The notes below the pieces were generated by a model. That model was not told the origin of the DNA and searched no databases. It worked only from the letters and a program-made list of their open reading frames with translations. From Blasia pusilla (taxonomy: Eukaryota), in contig CM114271.1 in assembly GCA_050084515.1 (NCBI GenBank), positions 28,272,001 to 28,336,000 on the forward strand: a stretch of DNA of 64,000 nt, read 5' to 3'. Below, piece by piece: positions 37,201-52,043 of this stretch; the stretch's first letter is position 1, and the number at the start of each line of letters is the position of its first letter. A program made the translations under genes and the position numbers.

Positions 37201-39839
37201 TGGTTTTTGATGGGACACGCCCAAATAATACTCACATACACTAAGTTACTTGTTTTATTTAATAGATCCTTTAGTGATTTTTTAAAATTATTTGTTGTGT
37301 TGGTAACAAGTAAAGGTACTATATTGCCTTTGATAGGATCAATCTCTTCCATCCCTTTTACTTTGGACTCACAAGAACCTTTTTCTCTAGAGCACCTTTA
37401 CACTCCCTAAAAAGCCAAGCACCTCAATTAAAAAATGGAAATCATTTAAACTACCTGCTTTAGGATGAAATTGAATACATTTCTCTCAATGTCTATTCTA
37501 TGAACGAAATGTCTTCCTTTGTGATTGGGAGCTCATTGTGCATGTTTTATCACAAGGCTCGGTGAGTCGGAGTGCTGATTGACCTAGATTCGAATAACGT
37601 GAGTGCGTGTGATTGGGTGCAGATCAGCAATGAGAGTGTGTCCTATTGAACGCACGCTTTCGTAACACTAGAGTTTGACGTTCAAGAAGAGTAGGCACGC
37701 GACAAACAAAGGAATTCTAGTTTGCAGTCTGGATATTTGAGAGTGGTTATGTTATTCGCTCTTATGAAGAGTATAGGAAGGATGAAGAGTCGTTTGGAAC
37801 TCTCATCTCATGTGGGTTCTAGTGGCATGTGATAGGCCAAACAACTTGGATGGAGGAGTTTCCTACGCGACCAAGGATTAATTAAGTGGAGATTTCCTAC
37901 CCTTGTTGCCCTATTGGATAACACCAAGGAAATTTTTTTGGGTCGAGCACTTTAGTGTGATGAACTAATGAGAGTACATGGTCCTTCACTCTAGAACATA
38001 ACCCTTAATGTTAAGTCATGAGTCACTTACAGGTTTAGCAATTTTTTCTAAGTTAGAGAGTTGTCTATTCATATCCAAAAAGCTCTTGCTAGTTTGAGTG
38101 TGTGGTACTTCATGACATAACACAATTGATAATAAGGATGCAACTAGAGGATTCTATTCATAGTTTGATGGTGAGGGTTTAAGCAATAATAATTGACATT
38201 GAGTCATATAATGTGCTTGTTGGTGATGCCATTTGTATCTCATGGGATTCACATTGGAATATTGGGAGAATAAGGGCTCTTATCAAATGGATTGGTAGTC
38301 AAGTAGTGGTATGTTGGTCACTTTTTAGTGAATGTGATTTGCAATTTCATGCAATGGGGTGCAAAATGTTGCAACGTATTTTTTGGGGATGGGTTGGGCC
38401 AAAAACTTGCAGAAGAACAAGCCAATGATGGATGAGGGTTAAATTATGAAGAATTATATTTTGTATGTGATAATATATGAACTTTGTGCTCAAATGCCCA
38501 AATTGAGCAATTTGGGCATTTGAGCACAAAGTTGTGACCGTTTCCATGGGCTACCACAACCAACTTGTGATGGAAGGAGCAATTTTAATTTTTTTGGTAA
38601 AACTCTTAGTTGAGAGGTAGGAAAAAGTAAAATCCTTTTATCTTAGTACATATGAGAAGAGGAAAAAGTTATTTGAGGGTGAAGTCAAGTGGAAAATTTA
38701 TTTAGTAGGTGTTGACCCAAGATTTATGGGGCTTAGTGGTATATAAGCCAAATGTGAGATAATTTTAGTGAGTTGACCCTTGGTTTAAGAGTTAGTGGAG
38801 TGGAAAAAACAAAAGACATTGACTTTTGAATAAAGTTAAAATAAAGCCATATTTACCCATGTGTGAGATAATATAACTACCATTGATTTTCATCGTCCGT
38901 CCGAGCCATCCCTGCTCCGTCACTTGGCTGCTGTCGACGACGTCAATAATCGTTCGCGGATAATTTAGGGTTGTTGATTGAACGGTAGGTTTAAGAACCA
39001 TTATTTTTTGTGACTTGAGGCCGTTGAGTACTAGTAGCCATGATTGAGGGTTGAGAGTGAGTTGTTACACTGTTGACATCGGCATGACCAGTGTAGTTGT
39101 GCCATCACTGATTGTTTGCGAGTAGCTTCCAATGATGACATGTGACCTCTTGATTTAGGGGATCTGAGTTTTATTTATGCCATGCTATGCATATTTTTTG
39201 GTAGTCGCTGGACGAAAATTGGGTATCGTGTCGTGACGCGTGTACCCTAAACCCTTAACGCGCCGCCGATTGCCGTTTGTGGTCCTACCACAATATCTCC
39301 ATTGCGGAGCCGCACCATTTCTTGGGAGCAGAGTATGTATTTCTGATAGAGGAGGATATGCGGTTGAGTGCCACATCCCTTCATCAAGTGTTGCGTCGAT
39401 TGTAGCTGTTTTGTGCCGCCACTACCGCACCGTACCACACACACTAGAATAAATATGTGGTTTTTATGACTAGACTTCAAATGACTCACCAAAAGAATGA
39501 CTCAAATTATGACTAAAATGGTTTAGTCCTCAAATTTATGTTTACACGACTCACATAGTTATATGCTTATTACTAAAGTAGTTATCAACACTCTTTAGTC
39601 AAGACTAGTCGTACTTGTTTCACTTGATTAGTAATACTAAGTCATGAAGAACGACTTATGTGTTTAGTGATTTCATACTCTAATATTACCGTAAATTTAT
39701 TTGTTTGTTTGTTATATATATATATATACACCATACATTCTTGGGGTTGCCCCTCAGGATCAAATTTGAACATTCTTGGACCCTTGGTTCAGGGAAAAGG
39801 GTACTAAAAGAAGGCTCAAGAATGAAGAGGGGAAATTTG

Positions 39840-40928
39840 GGTTGGATTGTTCTACATCTCTATGCCATTTTCATCTAATCATGGACTTAAATTTTCTTCC
39901 CACCATTGGATGGTGTTGAAACTTGGCACCACCTAAGGCCATAAATCCCTCCATATCTTCAATAGTTCAAATCTGCCCAGTAAGTCCCTCATACTCAAAC
40001 AAAAAATGGAAGACCTTTTTTAGGGTTTATGATTTTTAATTCTATGTGTGATTGGTCATTTGAAGTTTTTTTTCTTTTCTATGTGTTCCTGGATGATGGC
40101 TTCCATCCTCGGAAAGTTTCATGATTTTTGGTCCCCTTATGGAGGGTTGAGGATAGAAAAAGAGGGGTCAAGAAGGAGGAAAAGGGCCTTACGTATGACT
40201 CTTTCGAGTGGTTGTGGGATGTTCTTGTTATCATGGAGTTAACGTTTATTTCCAGCATTGGATGGTGTTGAAACTTGGCAATACCCAAGGCCATAAATCC
40301 ATCCACAAATTTAACGGTTTAGATCTTCTAGGTACCTCCCCATGCTCCAAAAAAAAATGGGAGACCTTTTTAGGGTTTACGAATTGTAATTCCGTGTGTG
40401 ATTGGTCATTTGAAGTTTTTCCTTTTCCTATGTGTTCCTAGATAATAGCTTCCATCATGGGGAAAGTTTCATGATCTTTGGTCAGCTTGTGGAGGGTGGA
40501 GTATTGAGAAAGAGGGGTCAAGAAGGAGGAAGAGGGCCTTAAGTAAGACTCTTTACGAGTGGTTGTGGGATTTTCTTGTTATTATGGAGTTGAATTTTCT
40601 TCCCACCATTAGATGGTGCTGAAACTTAACACCACCTAAGGCCATAGACTCCTCCACAACTTCAATGGTTCAGATCTCTCAATTAGAACCCCGTTCTCAA
40701 ACCAAAAATGGAAGACCCGTTTTAGGGTTAACGATGTTTAATTCCATGTGTGTGTGGTCATTTGAAGTTTTTTCTTTTGCTTTGTGTTTTTGGATGATGT
40801 TTGCTACCTTGGGGAAAGTTTCACGATTTTTGGTCTCCTTGTGGAGGGTGGAAGGTAGAAAAAGTGGGGCTAAGAACTAGGAATCTAGCGAGTGGTTGTG
40901 GGATTTTCTTGTTATCATGGACTTAAAT
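39840..40928. repeat. Tandem repeat, about 350-bp unit, three copies
   Basis: CATTGGATGGTGTTGAAACTTGGCA-like anchor near 39904, 40256 and 40607. Confidence 0.85.
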
Positions 40929-41507
40929 AAGAGGTTTGGGCTGACCTTTAATATATGTTTTTATATCCTATAGCTTAATCGCATGGGCTTTCATATGTCG
41001 TGGCGTATCTATATTTTTTAGTTGTAACGTTAACCAAGTCTAAGTAGCCAATATGTTTAGGTGGTTTACTTTCCATTTAGTCTAGGAGGCTGAAGAAATG
41101 ACAACACTCACTTTAACACTCACATGGATGGGAAAGTGCCTATGTCTATGTCTATGTCAACGTTTGGGTTTTCGGTTGATATGGTATGTTGAGTCTTCTG
41201 TGGCACACATGATTACTTTGGAAACTTGGCGCTTTGTTTGGACTCATGTTTTGGACTCCATTTTGGTTTGGAAGGCCTAGACTCATGGGTCCTATTCCCG
41301 CGTGGACATTTTTGTGAGTGAGGAAATTGAGAAAAAGAGAGGGAAAGGTTCCAAAAAAAGATTGCACGAGGGGCATGGAGGGTGCGTCCACTTTGGAGCT
41401 TATAGAGCATTGAGGATGAAAGCTTGGAGTTAGCGTGTTGTTGAATACTTGTAGAAATGAGAAGAACATCGGCGTTGCAGAAATCTTGAAGAAATCAGAA
41501 AAATGTG

Positions 41508-41613
<106 letters not shown>

Positions 41614-42199
41614 AGGACCTATGTGCTTGTGACAACAGATAGGTCCTAAAATTCATAACAATCACAAATGTTTGGAGTTGTGATTGTGTGTGCTACAGCA
41701 GAAATCTAGGGATGGAGAAGATGACATTTCCAACTGACTAGCTATTTTGCACGTGAGAGAGTCATAAAGTAGTTCCAATTATAGTCTTGTGCGATAGATC
41801 TCGCCCTCTGATTGGATGGTGCTAAAGATTGGGATGGATGCAGAGGCAGGAACAAGTGAAGAAAGTAACACGTAACATGAGGAAGACTCTCATAAAGAGC
41901 AAGTGTTGATGCGCAACTTCTAGTTATCAGCCAAGGAATTCTGGAGGACAAGATAAAGCTAGCCTGATTGATGTGAATCCTCTAAAGCCGACGCTTCACG
42001 GTGCAACAGCTTTGGGCGGTTAATATAGGCTATTGAACTTGATATACGGCTCATTGATCCTAGCTTATCAAGTAGACATAGGAGTGCTCCATGTATGCAC
42101 AAGGCAGGTGCAAAACGATGTTAGCTTTAAGGCGGAACAAGCCTCCAACATGTCGGAAATTAACGGATTTCCTTACAAATTCCTAAAAAATCCGCTGTG

Positions 42200-42700
42200 C
42201 AACCCGTCGGATCCCGACTTGTTGTATTGGTTGCTTTTTTTCTTATCAGCTTAATTAGGCAGAGTTCCAACTGATAAGCAACACGTCAGAACCCGACGGG
42301 TTGCTCACCATCAAAGTTACAATTGTAGTAGCTCTACAACTTCGTCAAAAAGTTCCCGAGAAACCCTTTGGATCCCAACGGGTTGTACTGATTGCTTTTT
42401 TCCTTATCAACTTAGGCAAAGTTCTAGCTGATAAGCAACCCGTCAGCAAAGTAACAATTCAAGTAGTTGTACAACTTCCTAAAAATTCCCGTGCAACTGT
42501 CGGATCCCAACGAGTTGCATTGGTTGCTTTTTTCCTTATTTGCTTAGGCAGAGTTCTAGCTGATAAGCAACCAATCAAATCTAACGGGTTGCTCATCAGC
42601 AAAGTCACAAGTCTATGAGCAACCCGCCGGGTGTCGACGGGTTGCAAATCATGTCTCTACACAATTCTTCCAACCCGTTGGAATCCGACGGGTTGCATGT
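42200..42700. repeat. Three imperfect repeats of about 130-160 bp with CAACCCG/CGGGTTG motifs in both orientations
   Basis: TTGCTTTTTTCCTTAT...AGTTCTAGCTGATAAGCAAC-like block near 42230, 42391 and 42523. Confidence 0.75.
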
Positions 42701-42899
42701 GTAAACCTACAATCTACAACATAAAAAATAAATAGAAATTAGTAATTTGGAACACACTAGGATTTGATTTGAAGCCGATCTGAGTGGGTATTCATTTTAA
42801 ACCACCCAAGACTGCGTCGTCCTCCACTTGAGCGACCTCTTCATGCACTGAAGGTTGAAGAGCTCGTCTTTGCTCCCTCCACTCAGCACCAAGAAACAC

Positions 42900-44760
42900 C
42901 CCCTGTCACTGAAATATGCGTCCGCAAAAGAAAACAAGAGAGGGATCTAGTCATAAGTGAGAGCGACATTCCAATCTAGGACGGTGTCGGATGGATTGTC
43001 GTTCCACAATCGATATCCATAAGGCAAATCTACAATTATTAGGTCCACTTTCACCTCCTTAGCTACCCCATGGACCGTCCATGGGACATGCCCATTTTGG
43101 AGAAGTTTTTGCCCAAGCACGGTCAACTTCTCGATTTTAGCTGTCGACTTATGAGTAAAAAAACTTTGTTGTTTATCAAGGAGGGAAGTTTGGTAGAGCA
43201 AGATAGTGATCGTGCTCGTAGTATCCCTATGCCCAACTAATGCTGAAGGAGTGTATTCCACATCCTTACTAAATCGTGCGGAAAATTTCTGGCGCCTCCT
43301 GCTTTCGCTTCTCGCGAGTTTGTTGCCAGCCTGTTGGTGTGTCTGTTACTTCAGACTCCACAAGAGTTTTTTTGTTCGGCTCTCTAGTCCGCCCCTCTTG
43401 TCTAGAAGATTCTGCCTTTGAATGTCTTGACCCCTTTGCCTTGGTTTTCATGCCTGCAATTGATTTATCCTTGGCAGTCACTCCCTTGGAGACCAACTCG
43501 GTTATCTCGATGGCTTGTTACTCCGCATCTCCTTCAAAATATTCTCCAACCTTCACGAAGTTCGGGATGTCGTCCGTGCTAGTGACGATTGCATCATACA
43601 CAACGTGCAGGTTCTTGTCGGTCATTTCTTTTGGGTCATTGAAGTCTAACCAGATTGGACAATTCAACACTTCCCACTCGGACATATCCTACCCCATCTC
43701 CATGTCGTACATGGAGAATTCTTCTCCACTAGGAGGAAAAGTCCACAATTTGCATGCTCTTGAGTATTTGCACCAGGTCCTTGTATTCACACAGTAGATC
43801 AGGTATCAACATACCATCCGTTGGGCAACTCTTTTCCGGGATACCTCTGCCGCTTATTCTTGAAGATCTTGGTTCTTTTTAGCGAAATGCCGCTTTCTAG
43901 CGTCAATTTCCTCGTCGAGATCTGCTTGAGAGAGGATGTGATTCTTGAACATAGTTTGGAAGCCTTGGTTTTTTTTCCGGCTTATCCCAAATGTCATCCA
44001 ACCACAACTCATAATCCTCAGCAGCCTCTAGGTTGGCCTCCTCTCGAACTGGCTCAATCTTTTTGAGCTCCGCTTGAAGACTATCGATCATCGACTTCCC
44101 AAGTAGACGTTGTGCATCCCACAAAGACCTTTCTCTCAGCCAATGAGAGATCACAAGATCTGATATCCTCAAAGGATGATGTATCGCCCATTTGTGTGCC
44201 TCAGTCCCCTGGAGACTAATTTTCATCAGTCAGATCCGCCTAAATTTGGATATATTTGAAAGTGCAAACCTGTGGACGCGGTCTAACGAGACTTTTCCCC
44301 AATTTGACCCTGTGGGTCTTCGTCCCTCTACCTCTGCCGTTGAATGATCGCCTTTAACTCCTTGTAGATGTCCTGGTGGAGATCTAGGTTGAGGATGGAA
44401 ATGTACCGCTACATCTTAAACGTAGTCTATTTGGTGGCTATTGACACAACACCCTAAATGAACTTTGATCACTCCAATGCGAAAACGTTTTCCCTCCGCT
44501 CCTTCTCCAATGCGACACTTTTCTTGGCTACCTCGATTTTGGACTAGCACAGAATCGTGACCGCCGCATATTGGGAGATGTATGTATTTGCCCAAGTCTT
44601 ATTCTTGATTTGTGCACCCTTCGCGAGCATCTCATCCACTCACTCTTGCCCGAGTAATCCTTTGTACTCCGCCGGGTGTAAGCAACTTCTTGACTCTATC
44701 CCAATTTTGGATCCAATGATGCATCACGTTCCCTTTGGGACAATCTTGCAAATCGTCAAG
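42900..44760 (-). pseudogene. Decayed coding region of unknown origin with a DPPY-like amino-methyltransferase motif
   Basis: Chain of broken minus-strand ORFs; KVDLIIVDLPYG at about 43016-43050. Confidence 0.35.
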
Positions 44761-44967
44761 ATAAAGTGAGATATATATATATACATCGAGGAGGTTTCAA
44801 AATCGTCATTACTAGAGGAGTACGACTTGCTGATTGGAGGATTTTATCTTTACGACTGAGCTGGGGGGAGATTTCTAGTTGTTGAGGTGCGACATCGATA
44901 TTTGTTCCGGTTAACCATCTTGGTCTTTCGCCTTTCACGTATGGGGGAATTTTGGGCACTAGGCAGT

Positions 44968-45255
44968 TATTTGGGATATTGGGATTGGTGGGACTGTTGA
45001 GAGTATTGTTGATGTATGTGATTTAGAGGATATAGACTTGTGTGCGATGTCTAGAGTTGAGGGTATATTATGATGATGAGACGATATGAGTTGATTTGCC
45101 GCACCATGCATGACGCTAGTTGTTGCACATACAGTACACGTCTCACTGAGAGAGAGTGTAGATTGAGGGCCCTACGTTTAGACCAAGTGATTAAGGGATT
45201 ATTTGCAAGATTGAGAGAGATGGTGTGAGAGGGGCACGAGGGTCAACACGGCATC
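44968..45255 (+). repeat. Isolated 5' UTR fragment of the methyltransferase-Gypsy family
   Basis: Aligns by eye to about 9470-9760 (e.g. GTGAGAGGGGCACGAGGGTCA). Confidence 0.7.
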
Positions 45256-46336
45256 CTTTCAAGATAAAATATATCAGTTCCAATCTTGCTTCAAAAAATA
45301 CCCATGGTTAAGATTCAAAATCCATCCACCAAAAAGAAGGTGGAGACCTTTCACAAAACATGTATCGTAGACATGGGGGATAAAGTCTTATAGATTAGGA
45401 AAATAGGTTGCAACCATGTAACCCAACCTTGTCATTGGTTATATGATGACCAACATGGTATTCTTGAAACTTCCTGCAATGACGAAGCTAAGTTTAAGTG
45501 GGACTCAAACATAGAGCCAATAGATTTAGATAGAAGCTTAAATTGTATAAGTTATACGGACAAGGTCGTAAAGTCATACCTATACAAATTGGGATTTTTA
45601 CCAAGTACCAAATGATTGGGATTCATGTCCACTATAATGGAAGTTTGTAGATGAGTGATTGGAGGAGGATAATCCGATATACACACATGAAACTTTATCT
45701 AAGGGAGATAATCATAATCCTTTTCCTTCCAAATTTAGGAATAAAGGGTAGGATCCTATTCTATCTTTCATATGATATTTGGGAAACAAGATACAAGACG
45801 TAACTACCAAGAGACTAATAAGTATGGGTCAAACTTGAAATATGCCCAATGGAGTAACTTAGGGCGATCAAAAGTTAGAACTTGGCTAAGGTTAGCCATT
45901 TTCATGAGAATCATCAAGCTTCCAACTAGGAGATCCCATTGGCAAACGTAATATAAAGATGTTTCAAAATTTCATACATATCTAGTTTTATGAGTAAAAA
46001 TTGATGAGAGAAAATCCTCGAATGCCTTTATATAGTCAACAATATGCTCAAGCTTTCCGTATTGGGAAAATGGGAACATAACCTCGTGCCATTCTAGTTA
46101 AGTTTGTTGATCAAAATCAACATAATACTGCCATGGCTAACAAGGCCGTTCTCAAAGGACGGAGGATGTGGTTGGATCCTGATCTTATAGCTCTACAAGT
46201 CGAAGCTAGGAGAAAGGAGCTTGCAAAGGTCAAAGAGGCTCAAGAAGCAGGTTTTATTGCTTATCTATGCGATGGTCGAGCAATTTTTATCCAGAGAAAA
46301 AGAGAGTTATCAACCTAGCAATCCAAGAAGCTGAGA

Positions 46337-48917
46337 GTGTTGATGTGGAATATACGAGGCCTTTCAACAACAAAGTATGTGAGTGCTCTACCAATTTGGG
46401 AGATGGCGGACATTATCAATATTGTGGAGACTTGGGAACATGAGAGCAATACTATTGCAGAGATGCAAGGGTTTACTTTAGTGGGATTGACATGGAACCA
46501 AAGAAGGCAACGAGCAGGAAGGGGTTATGGCGGTATTGCTACTTTCATCAGGTCTCAATTTCTACCTCTCATACATCTAGAAGATCAAGATATCGGGGGC
46601 CAATATCATTGGCTACGTCTTGGTTTGGTTGGGGGATCTTATTGTTATTTGGCAGTTCATTATTTTGCACCACTGTCCATGCCTATCTACTCAAAACGCA
46701 CTTACAATGGAAGTCAACCGTTCCATCGACTTATTGGGGATGTTCTCAAATATCAAAACAAAGGTGAAGTCTTTCTAGTTGAGGATTTCAATGCTCGCAC
46801 ACATATTGCTTAATTTACCCAATTTAGTGATTCCTTGACTTCTCCTATTCTCGAAGAACATGAGGATGGTTTGTGGTCTACAATCTCTTTAGATCTTTCT
46901 ACAAATCCTTTGATAGAGCATTTTTTAACTTTCGGAGGCACTTGTAATTTGAAAGTTCTTAACAGAACCTCTCATTTTCCCAACTCTCACTCCAATACGT
47001 GTTTCTCCTCTACCGGCGCTAGCACCATCGATTATCATTTGTCCTCGCCCGCTTATAGCTCTCTTATCTCTAAATTTGATATTCTAGAACCTCTGCCTGA
47101 ATCAGATCACGCACCTCTTTTGTTTACTCTCTCACTGTCAAAGGAAATTCCTCTCTTGACATGTCAATCTATTTTAGCTTCTCCCAAGTTTCGCTGGTAA
47201 AAAATATCTTTATACGCTACATTTATAAGAACTCTTGACTCGCATTATATGGAGCCCACATCCACACACTGCAAGTTTGCAACTAATTGAATTGCTCAAA
47301 AATACTGCATCTAAGTTCTTTTCGCGGCACAGGGATAAAAGTGGTAGGAGAATGCCTTGTAATGGGTGGTTTGACTCTGAATGCAAGCAAGGAAGGGCAA
47401 GATCAGTAGATAAATAGTTGGATATCCAAAGTCGGCTTATTATGACGAGCCTTTACAAATACTTGGTGAAATATAAGAAACGAGCTTTCTTATGGCGGAA
47501 GCAAGAGTCCTTGACAAGGGAGATACATGACGATCCCAAATTTTTTTGGAGATGGTTACTAGTACGATCTTCAAAACCTACTCTTGATCCCAAGTCTTTG
47601 ATATCTTTTGCCGAAAAGCTTTATTTCTTCCCCGATGCTATATCTATGCCACATTGTGAAGGAATACCTGGCTTATTCTCTGAAGCAGAGGTGATGACTC
47701 CACTAAGAAGATTAGTAAATGGTAAATGTGAGGATTTGGATGGTCTTTCTATTGAACTTTTCAAGTGGGGAGGAGATTCTATTCGACCGATCCTCACCAA
47801 AGTATTGGATGATGTTGCTATCTATGGTTTTCCTTCAACCTGGTCGCTACGAGAGATTGTTCCTATTCATAAATCAGGAAGGAAGGACTTGGTGACAAAC
47901 TATCGCACTATCATGGTGGGTAGTGTTTTTGCCAAGCTCTTTGGGAAATTGGTGGAGTCAAAGTTGAGCGCATGGACAGAGTCTTTCCAAAAGATAGCAC
48001 GGCTCCAAGCTCATTTTTTCCCAACATACAACACCATCGACCATATCTTGGCCTTGCCTGTTTTATGGGAGAAATCTAAGGGTAATGGAAAAGCTTTGTT
48101 TTGCGGTTTCATCGATTTTAAGAAAGCTTTTGATATTGTACCTCGTAAGCTCTTATGGGAAAGGCTGCAAGCCATTGGAGTACCACCAAATCTCCTAGCA
48201 ACCGTGGCCACGTTATACCATTCTGTTCGGGCCAAGATCAAAAGTTCACAAACTCAAGAGATCTTGAATACCATCGGAGTCATTCAAGGTTGCCCTCTCT
48301 CCCCTACTCTATTTGGAGTTTTCATAGATGATATCGAAAAGTGGTTGGAGGAATGTGATAGTGAAGGTGTCAAGCTTGGAGACTTTGTCATCAAAGCTCT
48401 ATTGTATGCAGATGATAGCATATTACTAGCACGTGATGGCATTAGTTTACAAAAACACCTCAACACTTTGGCAAGATTTTGTACCCAGAATCAGATGGAG
48501 GTTAATATGGAGAAGTCTAAAGTCATTATGATGGGTACTAGATCCACGTTCTTGTTCTTTTACAAAGGTCTACAATTAGAATAAGTGAAGAGTTACAAAT
48601 ATCTAGACATCGATTTGTCTCATGACTATAGTTGGGCACTTTGCGTGTTAAAGATAGGAGAAGCTGGTAACAAAGCTCTATATTCATTTTTAAACTGGTG
48701 TAGAAGAGCTCATCTTGTGTCTTGGGATCTTAAGAAATTCTTATTTAGGAGCTTAGTGTTGCCGGTGGTCTTATATGAGACCAAAGTTTGGGGCCTTAAT
48801 TGTAAGAAAGGTTCGGAGCGCGTGGAGAGGGTGCAAAAGATATTTCTACAAGAAGAATTGGGTGTAAGAAACCAAACTCTGTATGCTATTGTTCTTGTGG
48901 AAATAGGTTGTCTTCCT
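46337..48917 (+). pseudogene. LINE ORF2 (AP endonuclease and RT), disrupted
   Basis: WNIRGL, VETW, DFNAR, TIDY, ESDHAPL; IVPIHKSG, NYRTI, IDFKKAFD, GVIQGCPLSPTLF, LLYADD. Confidence 0.9.
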
Positions 48918-49196
48918 TGTCGTGCGAATCCACATCGTCATACAATATACATCGCTGACATACCATACTCACATACATACATAACATAGACGAGAGCATC
49001 CAAAAACACAAGTGTACCACAACTCGCCCCCCTAACTGGCGGTTAGGTCCCTCTAACTCCCAGGTAGCCCTATACATCTACTACATGCTATACACCTTCT
49101 TGGATGCCCGAATCAGAAGGTCGGGTGCTAGGTTGCCCCATCGTTAGTCGCACATCTGTAATCCATATCATGCAAAGATCAAGTCATCTACCTCTC

Positions 49197-49345
49197 CTAA
49201 GTACATCGAGGACAAACCCACCTTCCAGTAAGAACAACATCCATACGTGGAGTCAAACACATCATGTGCCAACCCCTAGAACACCGATCACACACAAACA
49301 TACGGGCTGCGTTACCAGCAGACCCACACAACATGCACCTCAAGC
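49197..49345 (-). pseudogene. PHD finger (E4)
   Basis: CMLCGSAGNAARMFVCDRCSRGWHMMCLTPRMDVVLTGRWVCPRC, a complete C4HC3 pattern. Confidence 0.9.
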
Positions 49346-52043
49346 TAGCACGGATCATGGCTAAGCTTGGGTCAACAATACCATCCACATTTGGAAGATG
49401 ACATGGCGCACAATTACGCATATGGTCCTTCCAAACAACTCCATCACGACCCTCCAACATGAGAACTCCAGAAGCTAACACCTCGCGCACTCGTAAAATA
49501 GTGCGGCTTGCCGTCACATCCAACGTTGTCGGTGCAATCTGCTGCAAATAGACATAGTCCCCCAAATGGAACCTACGAATCAATGGTCGATAAGCTCCAC
49601 CCCGAATGGTTGCATACCGCAACGTATCCCTGTGTTGAGCAATGGCAAGATTCTCAAAGGTCGTTGGCATAACTCAAAGAAAGAGCCGCTAAGAACACAC
49701 TCTCATCCACATCTCTCGGCTCATCAAGGTTCACCACCTCACTAGACTCGAAAAATTTCTTTGGCAAGTCCGGATCTCGTCAGTATAATGTAAAATAAGG
49801 TGAGAAGGAAGCCAAGGATGCTTGGCGACTAAACCTATACCCCATGGCTAACCATGGCAATCGAATATCCAGTCTCCAAGATGCCCTTCAGAGGCCATAC
49901 TTGCGCAATGCCCTCTTTCTTTTGCCCGAACCACACTCTCAGCCAAACCATCCGCCTTTGGATGATCTCGAGACGTGGTCCGATGATCAATCAACGCCTT
50001 GTCATACAAGACGTGAAACTCACCTTGAAACTCTGTACCCTGGTCGGTCAGCACTTCATCTCGTGCACCAAAATGACTAAGCACTCTATCAAGAAACGCA
50101 TACGCCGTTCCCTCACTTGCCTTGTCCGGTAATGCCACCAACTCAATCCACTTGGAGAAGTGCTCCACCATCACCAACACATATCGATGATGTCGTACAG
50201 TCAACGGTAACGGTCCCGCAAAGTCCACACTCCAACGGTAACCCAACCCCATAATAGGCAAGGGGTGTAATTGTGGTGTAGGGGCATTGAATGATGCCCT
50301 CACCCGGTCACAAACCATACAACGTGACACCAACTGGTGCACCTGAGTATGCATGCCACGCCACCAATATTGGCCAAGGAGTAAGCTATACGTACGCTTT
50401 ATCCCAAAATTTCCTAACTCCTCATAGGCATGTCGCACAATACGCTCTCTCTAAGCCAAATGTGGCACTACTCGTACTCTACCATCCTCCCACACGCGGA
50501 GAATATGTGTTCCCTCCAATCGATACCTCTTAGCACGTTGAAGAACACGGTCTCGCTCCATGGGTACATAGAACATGGGTTCCTACTCAACCCATCAGCA
50601 TCAAGGTTGGCAACTCCAGGTCTATGTACCACCTGGAAGTCATACTCCTGTAAGATAAGAGCCCACCGTGCAAGCTTCCCTGTAAGCTTGTCAGACTCCA
50701 TCAACCACTTGAGCGGCCGGTGATCAGAACAAGGGTAAATCGTGGTGCCAAACAAGTAACATCTAAAGTGTCCCCTGGCCCACACTTTGCTAAGCACTCT
50801 CCCTCATATGAACTATAGCGCGACTCCGCTGCATTATTCGAACGACTTGCATAGGCCACCACAAACTCCATGTGCTCATCATCATGTTGTGTCAACACCG
50901 CTCCAAGTCCTAACCTACTCCAATCAGTGTGTAACTGAAATGGGCGCCCTCTGATAGGTCTCCTCAAGATAGGCACCGCCACCAACTGGGCCTTAAGCTC
51001 CACAAAAGCTCTCTCCTGATCATCTCCCCAATGCCACTCTTGATCTGATTTCAGGAGTTGGTTCAAAGGCTTTGCCATAGCACTAAATCCCTTCACATAC
51101 CTCCGATAGTTGTTTGCCAATCCCATGAATGCTCGAACTCTACTCACATCTACAAGACGCGGAATAAGTGCAATAGCCTCCACCTTTGCTTGCTGAACTC
51201 CTAAACCACCTGGATAGATCACATGACCCAAGTACTTAACATCCTCATGGAAGAACTTACACTTTCCTGGATGCAAACGTAATCCATGAGCTTTCAATCG
51301 CTCAAACACCATCTGCAAATATATCTGATGCTCCTCCACCGTGTTACTGAACACCAAGATATCAATGTAACACCGAACAAAATCCAACCCTGCTAGGATC
51401 CTGTCCATCACTCTCAGAAACTCGACAGGTGCATTCTTCAACCAAAGGGTAAGAATTTCCACTGGTACAAACAATCCTTGCCATGAGAGTTGACACCCCA
51501 AAATGCTGTCTTGGCCTCGTCACTCTCCCAAATCGGCAATTGATGGTATCCTGCCCGAAGATCCAAAGTACTGAAAATCTTTGCCTGTCCCACCACATCA
51601 AAGATCTCCTCAAGTGTAGGCATGGCATACCTATCGTCCTTGGTTTGCCGATTGATAAGACGGTAATCTCCACACATACGCCTATCCGTGTAGTTGCCAT
51701 GCATATCCTTTTTAGCAGGCATGACAGTGGCTGATGCATACTCTCCATGCGACAACTCCACTAATCCAGCCTCCAAAAGGTCCAACGTCCTACTCTGAAT
51801 CAGGTCCCTCTCCATATCACTATATCAGTAGGGACGACGGAAGATTGGCGTATCACTAGCCAAATCAATCCGTATACCGGGTCCAACCAGAGAACCCAAC
51901 TCCTTCATGCTAAAGGCAAAACAACTCCTATAAGCACGTAGGAACTCTGTCAAGCGTCGTTTCTCACCTTCCGTAAGCTTGGGCCCAAGTAATGGCTCCC
52001 AAGTCTCCTCCACTGGCACACTAGCGGGAGAGGACGATGCCAT
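49346..52043 (-). pseudogene. RT, RNase H and integrase (E4, disrupted)
   Basis: RMCGDYR, LDLRAGYHQ, LHTDWS, WSVDFAGPLP, LTDQGTEF, DGLAES. Confidence 0.9.

Noticed and set aside
35525-38880. Short ORFs in AT-rich sequence
   Set aside because: No recognisable motifs; probably old repeat debris.
38880-39450. GC-rich patch resembling the element 5' UTR (CGCGCCGCCGATT)
   Set aside because: Similarity is too short and patchy to call by eye.
39840-40928. CRISPR-like array
   Set aside because: Units are about 350 bp and similar along their full length, with no unique spacers; the context is eukaryotic.
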